NCBI GenBank assembly: GCA_963702895.1
Contig: OY969767.1
Location: 544,001-608,000 of the forward strand
Length of the DNA stretch: 64,000 bases
Direction of reading: 5' to 3'
From: an uncultured Elusimicrobia bacterium
GTDB lineage: Bacteria > Elusimicrobiota > Elusimicrobia > 2-01-FULL-59-12
Position numbers and translations under genes: made by a program. This document shows positions 1 through 9,270 of this stretch, piece after piece (positions within the stretch are counted from its first letter, which is position 1; each line of letters starts with the position of its first letter). The notes below the pieces were generated by a model that was not told the DNA's origin, made no database searches, and saw only the letters and a list, made by a program, of their open reading frames with translations.

Positions 1-948
1 AAGGACAGCTATTTAAAAGCGGAGACCCCCAATCCCTGTATCGCCTGTAACCGGCATGTGAAGTTCGGCGCGCTCCTGGAGAAGGCGCTCGCCCTCGGGG
101 CGGATTACCTCGCGACGGGACATTACGCAAGAATCGACAGCCGTCCGAGGTCCGACGTCCGAGGCGCCGCACAACAGGAGCCCACCAGCCGTGTGGCGGG
201 GCCGGAATCTGGCGTCGGACGTCGCACGTCGGACGAGTTTGTTCTGAAGAAAGCTGTTGATCCCGCCAAAGATCAATCCTACGTCCTTTACGGACTCGGC
301 CAGAAAGAGCTGTCTCGGTTGCTCTTCCCCTTGGGGGGGCTTATGAAGCAGGATGTTCGCAAGATTGCCAGGCGCTACAATCTCCGCACGGCTGATAAGC
401 CAGACAGCTATGAGATCTGCTTTGTGCCGAATGAGGATTATCGTCAGTTCTTGACCGAAGAAGTGCCGGAATCGCGTCGTCCCTCCGGCCCGATCCGTCA
501 TGTGGACGGGAGGGTCTTGGGCACCCACCACGGGCTTCCGTTCTATACAATTGGCCAGCGCGAGGGACTTGGGATTTCGGTCGGACGGCCTCTTTATGTC
601 ACAGCGCTTGAGCAGGCAACCAACACCCTGGTGGTGGGGTCCAAAGAGGATGTGCTCTCAACATCTTGCGTTGTTCGGGAGCTGAGCTGGGTGAGCGGCG
701 AGGCGCCCAGCATGCCGGCCGAGGTAACGGCCAAAATCCGTTCACGTCACGTGCCCTCACCCTGCACCCTCTCCCGCGTGCACGCGGGAGAGGGAGAGTC
801 CGACGCGAAGCGGAGCGGCGAGGGTGAGGGTAGAGTTTTTCTGACTTTTGGCAGCCCGCAGTCCGCCGTCACCCCCGGTCAGGTTGCTGTGTTCTATCAG
901 GGTGACGAAGTCTTGGGAGGAGGAGTTATCGATCATGCCGAAAAATAA
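1..948 (+). CDS. mnmA: tRNA 2-thiouridine(34) synthase MnmA, 5' truncated by window edge; carries two in-frame palindromic insertions
   Basis: Frame 1 open from base 1 (KDSYLKAETPNPCIACN); motifs ATGHYAR, KDQSY, DSYEICF, YTIGQR, VTPGQ, GGGVI. Confidence 0.96.
   Translation, partial: KDSYLKAETPNPCIACNRHVKFGALLEKALALGADYLATGHYARIDSRPRSDVRGAAQQEPTSRVAGPESGVGRRTSDEFVLKKAVDPAKDQSYVLYGLGQKELSRLLFPLGGLMKQDVRKIARRYNLRTADKPDSYEICFVPNEDYRQFLTEEVPESRRPSGPIRHVDGRVLGTHHGLPFYTIGQREGLGISVGRPLYVTALEQATNTLVVGSKEDVLSTSCVVRELSWVSGEAPSMPAEVTAKIRSRHVPSPCTLSRVHAGEGESDAKRSGEGEGRVFLTFGSPQSAVTPGQVAVFYQGDEVLGGGVIDHAEK
142..235. repeat. Heptamer inverted-repeat element, (CGTCCGA)3...(TCGGACG)3, in-frame in mnmA
   Basis: cgtccga-ggtccga-cgtccga at 142-162 and tcggacg-tcgcacg-tcggacg at 215-235; sister copies at 958-1022 and 28560-28640. 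Confidence 0.9.
752..832. repeat. CCCTCACCC/CCCTCTCCC palindromic element, in-frame in mnmA
   Basis: Terminal IR ccctcaccct/agggtgaggg; internal perfect 28-bp palindrome ccctctcccgcgtgcacgcgggagaggg at 767-794. Confidence 0.92.
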
Positions 949-2194
949 ACTGACAACCGTCCGACGTCCGGCGTCTGAGGCCCAAAGTCCCATGCCAGGC
1001 GTCGCACGTCGCACGTCGGACGGTCACCGTGAAATCTATTTTGATAACGCCGCCACCAGCTTCCCCAAACCTGCTGGTGTTGAGGCGGCCCTTCTCCACT
1101 ATCATCACGAACTGGGGGCTTCCGCCGGTCGAGGCGCTTATCCCCGTGCTGTGCTCACCAGTCGTCTTCTCGACGATACACGGAAGCTCTTGGCCTCCTT
1201 TTTTAATATTCGGATACCCAGCCAGATTGTGTTTACGCTCAATGCCTCAGATGCCTTGAATCTGGCGATCAAAGGCTTCGATTGGAGAGTGGGCGACAAC
1301 GCTGTGGTGAGCGCGATGGAACACAACTCCGTCCTCCGACCCCTGCATGCGCTCAAAGCCCGCAGAGGCATCAAAGTGATCAAGGTCAAGGCATGCCCCG
1401 AGGGCTTGATCCGTCCTCAGGACATCGCCAAGGCGATCACCGCGCGCACGCGACTGGTTGTGGTGGTCCATGCGTCGAACGTCACGGGCTCCATTCAGCC
1501 TATTGAGGAAATCGGCCGGATCACAAGCCACAAGGGTGTTCCCTATTTAGTGGACGCCTCCCAGTCCGCCGGGGTGCTGCCGATTGATGCGGAGGCGATG
1601 AAGATCGATTTGCTCGCTTTCCCGGGGCATAAGGCTCTCTTGGGGCCGCTCGGAACAGGTGCACTCTATATTCGGAAGGATCTCGATCTTGAAACCATAC
1701 GCGAGGGTGGTACAGGCAGCCAATCGGAGCAGGAGGTGCAGCCGGATTTCCTGCCGGACAAGTTTGAGTCGGGATCCCATAATGCGTTGGGGATCGCGGG
1801 GTGGAAGGCAAGCCTTGAGTTTCTGGCCAGAGAAACGCTGGCCAAAGTCCGCAGCCATGAAGTGCGGCTGACGGAAATGTTCCTCGAAGGGCTGCGGTCC
1901 ATCGGGAGCGTCCAAGTTTATGGGCCAAAAGACGTTGCCAAGCAAATGGCGGTGGTCTCGATGCGAGTGGGAGAGTTCGCGCCCCCCGAACTCTCGCATA
2001 GGCTTTATGAAATGGGAAAACTGATGACCCGTTCGGGTCTTCACTGCGCGCCGGGTGCCCACCAGGCGATCGGCACCTACCCGCTGGGCACCACGCGATT
2101 TTCCTTTGGCTACTTTAATACTCCGCAGGACATCGACCAAGCACTTCAGGTCCTGGGCGACATCGCTAAGAACAGTTCGATTGCCATGAAATAA
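935..2194 (+). CDS. Cysteine desulfurase family protein (PLP aminotransferase class V)
   Basis: IYFDNAATS, MEHNSV, DASQSAG, FPGHKALLGP, RSGLHCAP; ATG at 935 overlaps the mnmA end. Confidence 0.9.
   Translation: MPKNKLTTVRRPASEAQSPMPGVARRTSDGHREIYFDNAATSFPKPAGVEAALLHYHHELGASAGRGAYPRAVLTSRLLDDTRKLLASFFNIRIPSQIVFTLNASDALNLAIKGFDWRVGDNAVVSAMEHNSVLRPLHALKARRGIKVIKVKACPEGLIRPQDIAKAITARTRLVVVVHASNVTGSIQPIEEIGRITSHKGVPYLVDASQSAGVLPIDAEAMKIDLLAFPGHKALLGPLGTGALYIRKDLDLETIREGGTGSQSEQEVQPDFLPDKFESGSHNALGIAGWKASLEFLARETLAKVRSHEVRLTEMFLEGLRSIGSVQVYGPKDVAKQMAVVSMRVGEFAPPELSHRLYEMGKLMTRSGLHCAPGAHQAIGTYPLGTTRFSFGYFNTPQDIDQALQVLGDIAKNSSIAMK
958..1022. repeat. Heptamer inverted-repeat element (CGTCCGA family) in the N-terminal coding part of the cysteine desulfurase
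   Basis: cgtccga-cgtccgg-cgtctga ... tcgcacg-tcgcacg-tcggacg. Confidence 0.85.
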
Positions 2195-2225
2195 GCAACT
2201 TCCCGGGGACGTCAAGGAGCACTTT

Positions 2226-3482
2226 GTGAGGATGGGACGCAAAAAGAAAAACGCGGTGTTCGGTCTGATTCTTGCGGGGGGCAGCAGTTCGCGTCTTTTC
2301 CCCTTCAATAAGGTCCTCTCGGATTTCACGGGTTCCGGAAAATCCCTCATCCAGCAGGCGTATGAGCGCCTGGAACTGCCTGCGCAGAGGATCTTCGTTC
2401 TTACCGCCAGCGACATGCTGGCTCCGATCTCCCGTCAGCTTCGGGTCCCCCGCCAAAACATTTTTGTCGATCCGGCCCGGCGCGGGACCTGGCCGGCCAT
2501 TCTTTGGGCGATGGCCCATTTGCGCCAACAGGACCCTGAAGCGCTGATCGCGCTCGTGACCGGTGACCCTGTCATCCAAGGCAAGGGGGCCTTTCGAAAG
2601 TCGATGCATGGAGCGCTTGCGGTGGCCCGGGATCATCGCGCGTTTGTGATGATCGGGATTGCTCCGAGCCAGAATGCGAGCGACTGGCGCAGCTTCGGGG
2701 TGTTCCGCTCCGATGCCCAAGGCCGAGTGACGGATTTTGAGGAAAAGCCTTCCCTTGAGCGCGCCCAAGAGATGATGAAAGATGGGCATTACCTCTGGAA
2801 TTCCGGTATGTTCTTCTTCCGGATCTCCACCGCGGAAGAGGCCCTGGCGCGATTCCAGCCGGACATGTTCCGTGTGTATCAAGCCATGGCCGCGGCAATC
2901 GCCTCGGGGAAAAAGGACGAGGCGGCTTTTCTGTTTCAGGATTTTCCGGAGAAAGTCACGCACCCTCTGGACCCCACCCGTTACGTCGACAACTCGATCG
3001 ACTATGCCATCATGACGCCTCTTGTGAGCCGGCAAGGTTCGGGACTTGAGGCCCGGGCCGTTCAGGCCGCCCGTTTCCAATGGACCGACCTCGGGCAATG
3101 GGACGCCCTGCGTCAAGTGATCAAGCCGGACCGGGCGGGCAACATTCGACTCGGTTCTGTGAGCCTCAAGAGGGGCGTACGCCATTGTATTCTCGTCGCT
3201 GAGAAAGCACATCGTGTTCAAGTGGGCGATGTGGAGGGCCTGGTCATTGCCTTTGCGCGCAACACAGCCCTGGTCGTGTCGATCGAGCAGCTCTCCCGGA
3301 TGAAGGAGATCGTCCAGGAGGCCCTGAAGCATCCCGACCGCATCGTGATTGAACAGGATGTGACAGAATGTGAGATGGAGGTTTCTGAAGGCAGGCTCTT
3401 GGCGATAGGGCTTTCGGGCTTGCGGATCCAACTCCAGAAGAAGCAGCTTTTCGTCTCCTGCAAGCCCGGTTTTATACAATAA
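2226..3482 (+). CDS. Sugar-phosphate nucleotidyltransferase, mannose-1-phosphate guanylyltransferase-like
   Basis: LILAGGSSSRLFP, FEEKP, WNSGMFFF, SIDYAIM, WTDLGQW. Confidence 0.82.
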   Translation: MRMGRKKKNAVFGLILAGGSSSRLFPFNKVLSDFTGSGKSLIQQAYERLELPAQRIFVLTASDMLAPISRQLRVPRQNIFVDPARRGTWPAILWAMAHLRQQDPEALIALVTGDPVIQGKGAFRKSMHGALAVARDHRAFVMIGIAPSQNASDWRSFGVFRSDAQGRVTDFEEKPSLERAQEMMKDGHYLWNSGMFFFRISTAEEALARFQPDMFRVYQAMAAAIASGKKDEAAFLFQDFPEKVTHPLDPTRYVDNSIDYAIMTPLVSRQGSGLEARAVQAARFQWTDLGQWDALRQVIKPDRAGNIRLGSVSLKRGVRHCILVAEKAHRVQVGDVEGLVIAFARNTALVVSIEQLSRMKEIVQEALKHPDRIVIEQDVTECEMEVSEGRLLAIGLSGLRIQLQKKQLFVSCKPGFIQ

Positions 3483-3487
3483 CACCC

Positions 3488-4654
3488 ATGAGTATTCCGA
3501 CGGAGCATTGGCACAAGCTCACGCGCAGCTGCGCGGAAATCATTTCGGAAGAGGAGCTCAGGAACAAGCTCCAAAAAGCCAAGCCGCTCCGGGTCAAGCT
3601 CGGCGTCGACCCCACGGCGCCCGACCTTCATCTGGGGCACCTGGTGGTGCTGCGCAAGCTCAAGGCGTTTCAGGACCTGGGTCACCAGATTGAATTCATC
3701 ATTGGGGATTTCACGGCTCGCATCGGCGACCCTTCCGGTCAGTCGGTCACCCGTCCCGCGCTCAAGGCCCAGGATATCTGGGAACATTCCAAAACCTATC
3801 AAGATCAGGTCTTTCAGGTGCTCGACAGGAGTAAAACCCAGGTGCGCTTTAACAGCTCCTGGCTCAATGCCCTGGGAGTCCAGGGGCTTCTTGAGCTCCA
3901 GTACCGCTTCTCCGTGGCCCAGATGCTTGAGCGGGCGGATTTCGCCGAGCGCTTCGCGAATCATAAGCCGATTTCCATGATTGAATTTATGTATCCCCTC
4001 CTGCAGGGCTACGACTCCGTGGCCATCCAGGCGGACGTCGAGCTGGGCGGCAGTGATCAGAAGTTCAATCTGCTCATGGGGCGCGAGATGCAGATCAAGT
4101 ATTCCCAGGAGCCGCAGGTGGTGGTCACGATGCCGCTCCTCGAAGGCCTCGACGGCGTCAAAAAAATGTCCAAGTCCTACGGCAACTTTATTGCCTTTAA
4201 TGACTCGCCCCAGGATAAGTTTGGAAAACTGATGTCCATACCGGATGCGCTCATGCTCAAGTACGCGGAGCTTCTCACGGAATTGGATCTGGCGGCGCTC
4301 AAGGCGATGCACCCCCGGCAGGCCAAAGAGCTCTTGTCCAAAACGATCACGGCATTCTTTCATGGCGAAGAAGCTGCCCGGGAGGCTGCGGAGGACTTCA
4401 CGCGTGTCTTCACCAAGAAAGAAGCCCCTCATGAGGTGTCTGAATTTAAAGTGCCAAGAGCTTCCCATCGGCTCGTCGATCTTCTGGCCGCCTCAGGCGT
4501 CGCGCCGAGCAAAAAGGAGGCCCAGCGGCTGCTCGCCCAGGGGGCTGTCGAGGTGGACGGCAAGCGCGTGGGCGAAAAGGACGTGCTGGATTTGCAGTCG
4601 CCTGTTCTGGTGCAGGTTGGCAAGCGGCGTTATGTGCGCGTAATACCGGAGTGA
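3488..4654 (+). CDS. tyrS: Tyrosine--tRNA ligase
   Basis: GVDPTAPDLHLGH (HIGH), YPLLQGYD, KMSKS, C-terminal S4 domain. Confidence 0.97.
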   Translation: MSIPTEHWHKLTRSCAEIISEEELRNKLQKAKPLRVKLGVDPTAPDLHLGHLVVLRKLKAFQDLGHQIEFIIGDFTARIGDPSGQSVTRPALKAQDIWEHSKTYQDQVFQVLDRSKTQVRFNSSWLNALGVQGLLELQYRFSVAQMLERADFAERFANHKPISMIEFMYPLLQGYDSVAIQADVELGGSDQKFNLLMGREMQIKYSQEPQVVVTMPLLEGLDGVKKMSKSYGNFIAFNDSPQDKFGKLMSIPDALMLKYAELLTELDLAALKAMHPRQAKELLSKTITAFFHGEEAAREAAEDFTRVFTKKEAPHEVSEFKVPRASHRLVDLLAASGVAPSKKEAQRLLAQGAVEVDGKRVGEKDVLDLQSPVLVQVGKRRYVRVIPE

Positions 4655-5604
4655 AACTCTTTCGCGTCATTGCGGCGAAAGCCGCCCCCCTTCCACCCGG
4701 GGGACTGTCCCGACCCATCCTTCCAAAGATACGGGACGGAATCGATGAGTTCAAAGGGTGGGGCCCGGCGTGCGCCGTGATGACGGCCATCTTTCTTTCT
4801 GCTCCTTTGGCCCACGCTTTGCCCCCTACCCTCCTGCTCTCCACCACCACCCTCCTTCCTGGCGAAACACTCCGCATCGAAGTGGATGGCGCCTCCCCCG
4901 AAGCGAGGCTTAAAGTCCGGTGGATGGGGAAACTCTTCCCATTTTATTTTGTGGGGCCCAACGCGCAGCGGGCGATCATCGGCATGAAGCTCGATACACG
5001 TCCGGGCCGCTACGACCTTGTGTTCAAGGACCAAAGAGGCGTTGTACCGGAAATCCCTGCGGCACGTGTCGAGATCGCGACCAAAGTCTTTACCACCGAA
5101 CATGTCAACTTTTCGAAGGACAAGACCGCCTTGATGAAAGCGGAACACCGGGAAAGCCAGATCATCGGGCGAGCCAAGATGTATTTATCCCGAGATCAGC
5201 AGTGGGAGGGCCCGTTTATGTACCCGGTGAGCGGTGAGAAGATTGGCGAATTCGGTTTGAAGAGAATTCGAAATGGCCATATGGACGCGGGCTTCCATAA
5301 GGGGATTGATCTTCGCGGCAGTAAAGGAACGCCGGTCCTTGCGGCCAACTCCGGCACGGTGGTGCTCGCTTCCAATTTTAAAGCCCACGGGAAAACGGTC
5401 CTGCTCAATCATGGACAAGGGGTGATGACCATCTACTTACACCTGCAATCCATCTCTGTAGACCTTCGTCAAAAAGTGCGCAAGGGACAGGAAATCGGCA
5501 AGGTGGGGTCCACGGGACTTTCAACCGCTCCCCATGTTCATTTTCAGGTGTATGTGCATGGCGTTCCCGTAGACCCTGATCAGTGGGTCAACCATGAATT
5601 CTAA
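4651..5604 (+). CDS. M23 family metallopeptidase (true start may be near 4777)
   Basis: HKGIDL, YLHL, TGLSTAPHVHF motifs; signal-peptide-like segment after ~4777. Confidence 0.88.
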   Translation: MKLFRVIAAKAAPLPPGGLSRPILPKIRDGIDEFKGWGPACAVMTAIFLSAPLAHALPPTLLLSTTTLLPGETLRIEVDGASPEARLKVRWMGKLFPFYFVGPNAQRAIIGMKLDTRPGRYDLVFKDQRGVVPEIPAARVEIATKVFTTEHVNFSKDKTALMKAEHRESQIIGRAKMYLSRDQQWEGPFMYPVSGEKIGEFGLKRIRNGHMDAGFHKGIDLRGSKGTPVLAANSGTVVLASNFKAHGKTVLLNHGQGVMTIYLHLQSISVDLRQKVRKGQEIGKVGSTGLSTAPHVHFQVYVHGVPVDPDQWVNHEF

Positions 5605-5938
5605 AGCGGGACCTTCCCTCACTCCGAAAAAGGTGAGCTCCAAAGAGGGGCGTATCGAGATTGTTTGGAGCGACGCTCACCTGAGCCAGTATCGCGCTCG
5701 AGAGGTGAGGTTGGCGTGTCGATGTGCTGGCTGCGTGGAGGAGTGGACGAACGTCTCTCTCGTCAAGCCAGAGCTGGTGCCGGTGGATCTTCAGGCCAAA
5801 GCCATCGAGAGCGTGGGTCATTATGCCCTTCATATCGACTGGTCGGATGGGCATAACACGGGCCTCTATACCTATGACTACTTGCGGGAGTTGTGTGCGT
5901 GCGATGAGTGCAGGGCCACGAGAAGTTTTGCCGTTTAA
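5594..5938 (+). CDS. DUF971 / GBBH N-terminal-like protein
   Basis: WSD-H, RLACRCAGC, GHYALHIDWSDGHNTGLY. Confidence 0.85.
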   Translation: MNSKAGPSLTPKKVSSKEGRIEIVWSDAHLSQYRAREVRLACRCAGCVEEWTNVSLVKPELVPVDLQAKAIESVGHYALHIDWSDGHNTGLYTYDYLRELCACDECRATRSFAV

Positions 5939-5944
5939 ATGTGA

Positions 5945-6025
5945 CGTCATCCCCCCCGGCCGTAAGGGGGGGATCCATCATCCAAGAAGGCATCATGGAT
6001 CCCGGCTGACGGCCGCCGGGATGAC
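5945..6025. repeat. CGTC-tagged palindromic element (left plus right arm)
   Basis: cgtcatccccccc..ggggggatcca ... tggatcccggctgacggccgccgggatgac. Confidence 0.88.
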
Positions 6026-6785
6026 AGTATGGATGGTAGTTTGCGTATTTGTTCCGGTGGGGCTTTCCACCCGGCCGAATTCCGCTACACGTGCCTTCAA
6101 TGAAGGGGTCAAGCTTTTCAACGCTCGTCAGTTCAACCAGGCCGTTTCCTCCTTTGATGAGGCGATCTCAAGCGATCCTGACTTTGCGGAAGCCCTCTAC
6201 GCTCGCGGGTCTTGCAAGTACTACCTGAAGTCTACGGATGCGGCCCTCATGGATTTAAACGCGGCGCTGCGTCTTAAGCCCGATTACCTGGAAGCGCGCT
6301 CTCTTCGCGGCGCCCTTCATTACGAGGCGGACCGCTGGGATGAGGCGATACAAGACTTTAACGCGGTACTCAACAAGGATCCGAGCGAGGCGCAGGCGCT
6401 TTTGGGTCGCGGTATTATTCGACTCAAGCGCGAAGAGCTGGATGGGGCGGAACGCGACTTCCGCAACTTCCTGCGCGTTCGACCGGACGACCCCGTGGCC
6501 CCACAGCTGCGCAAGGTGCTCGCGTCCCTGCATCCGAAAGAAGGGTCGGGCGGCGAGGGGTCTCGGCCAGTCAGCTCGCGTGCTCCCTCGAGGCCAAGAA
6601 CGCCTCCCGTCGACTACCAAAAAATGGCGGATGGGCTTCTCGGGCCATCGATGTCCGAGTCCTATCACCAAAAGGTCATGCGCGGCGAAAACCCCCAGGC
6701 CGTAGGGGATATCCATTCCGTGCCGAGCGTCTCCAAGCCCCCAAAGCCCGCGGACTCTGGTTACGTCATCGTTGATCCGGAGTGA
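6021..6785 (+). CDS. Tetratricopeptide repeat protein, probably exported
   Basis: Several TPR units (AFNEGVKLF..., ALYARG, ARSLRG, ALLGRG); candidate ATG lies in the repeat end gggATGac. Confidence 0.8.
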   Translation: MTVWMVVCVFVPVGLSTRPNSATRAFNEGVKLFNARQFNQAVSSFDEAISSDPDFAEALYARGSCKYYLKSTDAALMDLNAALRLKPDYLEARSLRGALHYEADRWDEAIQDFNAVLNKDPSEAQALLGRGIIRLKREELDGAERDFRNFLRVRPDDPVAPQLRKVLASLHPKEGSGGEGSRPVSSRAPSRPRTPPVDYQKMADGLLGPSMSESYHQKVMRGENPQAVGDIHSVPSVSKPPKPADSGYVIVDPE

Positions 6786-6815
6786 GGGCTCACCGGCACA
6801 TGGCCCGTTTTGTCA

Positions 6816-6932
6816 TGCCCTCACCCCCACCTCGCCAGAAGTCCGGCGAGTCGCCGGCAGTCTTGGCGACCTCTCCCGCGTGCACGCGGGAGAGGGAGAG
6901 GCCAAGCGAAGCGAAGGCCGAGGGTGAGGGCA
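6816..6932. repeat. CCCTCACCC palindromic element with nested TCGCC..GGCGA hairpins
   Basis: tgccctcaccc...gggtgagggca; core cctctcccgcgtgcacgcgggagagg identical to the mnmA copy. Confidence 0.88.
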
Positions 6933-6934
6933 GA

Positions 6935-7975
6935 GTGGTTTCACGATCCCTCTTCAGATCCCCCGTTTCATCGCGTCTGCTCCTTGGGCTCATAGCTATC
7001 TTTCTATTCCATGCTGTGCTCTGCCGTGCTGCCGATGTCCCACGGGGATTCTTTGTCGAAGACCTCAGCCAGAAGCCCCCGGTCCCCGCCTTTTATAACA
7101 TCGAACGGCATCAGCTGGAATCCTTTCACTTCAAACAAACCTACACACAATTTATCGACGTGGTTCTCGACCGGGAGCATGGCAGGGTGTTCTTTTCCGC
7201 GCGCCAGGGGCCGAAGGACCCCTTCCGCGTCTACCTGAAACCTTGGCCCAATGGTGAGGAAGCTGTGGTTTATGAGAATCCCCTGGGGCCGTTCCGATTT
7301 CTGCTGTCCCCCGACAGTAAGCACTTGGCACTCCAGGTGATGGGACCTTCCGCCTGGCCGATTCTGGCGGTTCACGAGTGGGAAAGCGGAAAGACAACGC
7401 TTCTGGGACAGGGTTTCTCGCCGGATTGGTCGGAAGATGGAGGCCGTCTCCTCTTTCTTCAAATTCCGGGATCTCTTCCGAGCTATCTCGCCGAATATCG
7501 GGTGGACTTGGCGACCAGCACCGTGATTCTGGAGGAGCCGGTGACGGAGGCGGTCTACTCCGAAACGGCAGACAAGATCATCCTGAAAACGGTCAAACAG
7601 TCGCAGCGGTGCGATGAGTTCCAGGTTTGGGACCGGAGGCGGGAGTCGCTCATGCCCTTTTCCACAGGACCCGCCAAGAAGACCATGAAGCACTGCACGT
7701 GTCAGCGGGAGATGAACGCATTCCCCGGCCACCGCTTCTTCTATTTCAAGGAGAGTGAGTCCGCGACCGATTTGGCCGACCAGACGGTCGTGATCAGTGA
7801 CGCCGAAGGCGGCCGCCTTCAGGTGCTGCCGAACGAAGCTTGGAACCCCAAGGTCACGGCGGTGGAATCGGCGACGCTGGCGATTGGCGAGGACCCGCTC
7901 TCCGTGATGAGCGCGGATGGCACGGGTGGCGCCCAGGCGATATCCGGGGCCCGCTTCATTCGGTTTCAGAAATGA
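6935..7975 (+). CDS. Secreted hypothetical protein with TolB/PD40-like repeats (frame also open from GTG 6782)
   Basis: Signal peptide LLLGLIAIFLFHAVLCRA; LSPDSKHLA and PDWSEDGGRLLF propeller-like motifs. Confidence 0.6.
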   Translation: MVSRSLFRSPVSSRLLLGLIAIFLFHAVLCRAADVPRGFFVEDLSQKPPVPAFYNIERHQLESFHFKQTYTQFIDVVLDREHGRVFFSARQGPKDPFRVYLKPWPNGEEAVVYENPLGPFRFLLSPDSKHLALQVMGPSAWPILAVHEWESGKTTLLGQGFSPDWSEDGGRLLFLQIPGSLPSYLAEYRVDLATSTVILEEPVTEAVYSETADKIILKTVKQSQRCDEFQVWDRRRESLMPFSTGPAKKTMKHCTCQREMNAFPGHRFFYFKESESATDLADQTVVISDAEGGRLQVLPNEAWNPKVTAVESATLAIGEDPLSVMSADGTGGAQAISGARFIRFQK

Positions 7976-8002
7976 AATTGCTATTATGATGCTCATCCCG
8001 TC

Positions 8003-8860
8003 ATGCTAGGCACCTATCACCTGAACGCCCTTTTTGAAATCCTCAGCAAGCTCCATTTCGTCTATGAGCCGCGAAAACTCTGGCAGTTTGTTCTTGAGCA
8101 GGCCTGCAAAACGATACAGGCTGAGGCCGGCACATTCTTTGAGGTTTCGGGGGACGAAAACGAGATGAAAGTCAGCGTGGCCACCGGTATCAGCGAGGAG
8201 CGTTTACAAGAAATTCCTTTCCGCATAGGTGTCGGCATCAGCGGATGGGTGGCCCAATACCATCAGCCGGCTCTGGTAGCCGATATCCGCCAGGACAATC
8301 GTTTTAACCGACAGGTGGACCTCATTACGGGGTTTACGACGCGCTCGGTTTTGTGCGTCCCTGTGTTTTCACAGAAGCGCAATTATGGCGTAATCGAGAT
8401 CCTGAACCGCAAGAGCGGTCAATTCAGCCCCCAGGACCAGGAATTTATGATGCTTCTGGGACGCCAGGCGGCGGTCGCCTACCAGAACCTTGTGCTCGTC
8501 GATGAGATTTCCCATACAAAAACGCTCCTGGAGAGTATTCTGGTCAATCTTACCGGCGGACTCATCGCGGTGGGGGTGGATTCGAAAATTATGGTCTTTA
8601 ATCCCGCCGCCGCTTCGATTCTCCATCTGCCGGCCGGATCCTATACCGGAAAGACCGCCGTTGAGGCGCTCAAGGCTTTCCCATGGCTCGCCAAGACGCT
8701 CTCCGATACGCTCGCCACCTCCTCGACCGTATCCCGTCAGGAAACGACCATGGACATTGAAGGGCAAGCGGCGACCATCGGATACACCACCATCCTCATC
8801 AAGGACCCCGCCGGCAAGCTTCTGGGTTCCGGCATCATCTTCCAGAGGCTGTCCAAATAA
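8003..8860 (+). CDS. GAF plus PAS domain protein with no output domain
   Basis: GISGWVA...D-RF...TGFTTRSVLCVP...GVIEILN (GAF); FNPAA...G...GSGIIF (PAS). Confidence 0.82.
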   Translation: MLGTYHLNALFEILSKLHFVYEPRKLWQFVLEQACKTIQAEAGTFFEVSGDENEMKVSVATGISEERLQEIPFRIGVGISGWVAQYHQPALVADIRQDNRFNRQVDLITGFTTRSVLCVPVFSQKRNYGVIEILNRKSGQFSPQDQEFMMLLGRQAAVAYQNLVLVDEISHTKTLLESILVNLTGGLIAVGVDSKIMVFNPAAASILHLPAGSYTGKTAVEALKAFPWLAKTLSDTLATSSTVSRQETTMDIEGQAATIGYTTILIKDPAGKLLGSGIIFQRLSK

Positions 8861-8861
8861 G

Positions 8862-9209
8862 ATGCTCGAAAAAGGAAAGCGCATCCCGAACTGGCAAGTG
8901 AAGGACATGGAAGGCCGGCAGCATGATCTTTGGGAATACCGGCAGAAGTCGCACGTCGTGGTGCTCTACGACCCCAAGGCCACGCGCGAAACCATCGGTC
9001 ATTGGCAAAAGGCCATTCATGCCGACCGCAAGCAGTGGGAATGGCTCAACACGGTCATTCTCATCGCCCAAGACGTGCCACCGGAGGTGGTCCCGGGCGC
9101 TTACGTGGTGGACCGCTACGGCATGTTCTGGAACTATTTCTCGCCTGACCAATGGTCCTTTGACGGCCTCGAGCGCGACCTGGTCTATTACGAGGCCCGC
9201 CACTGCTAA
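8862..9209 (+). CDS. Degenerate redoxin/AhpC-like thioredoxin-fold protein without active-site CxxC
   Basis: GKRIPNWQVKDMEG, PGAYVVDRYG resemble redoxin termini. Confidence 0.5.
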   Translation: MLEKGKRIPNWQVKDMEGRQHDLWEYRQKSHVVVLYDPKATRETIGHWQKAIHADRKQWEWLNTVILIAQDVPPEVVPGAYVVDRYGMFWNYFSPDQWSFDGLERDLVYYEARHC

Positions 9210-9218
9210 GCCATAAGC

Positions 9219-9250
9219 CGTCACCCCGGCATGTAGTAAGCCGGGGTCTA
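9219..9250. repeat. CGTC-tagged repeat, left arm only
   Basis: cgtcaccccggcatgtagtaagccggggtcta. Confidence 0.8.
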
Positions 9251-9270
9251 TCATTTATTCAAATAGTTTC

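Noticed and set aside
142..235. MnmA, AtpG and desulfurase inserts as inteins or introns
   Set aside because: Too short, no Cys/Ser...His-Asn intein ends or intron motifs; they match intergenic palindromic repeats.
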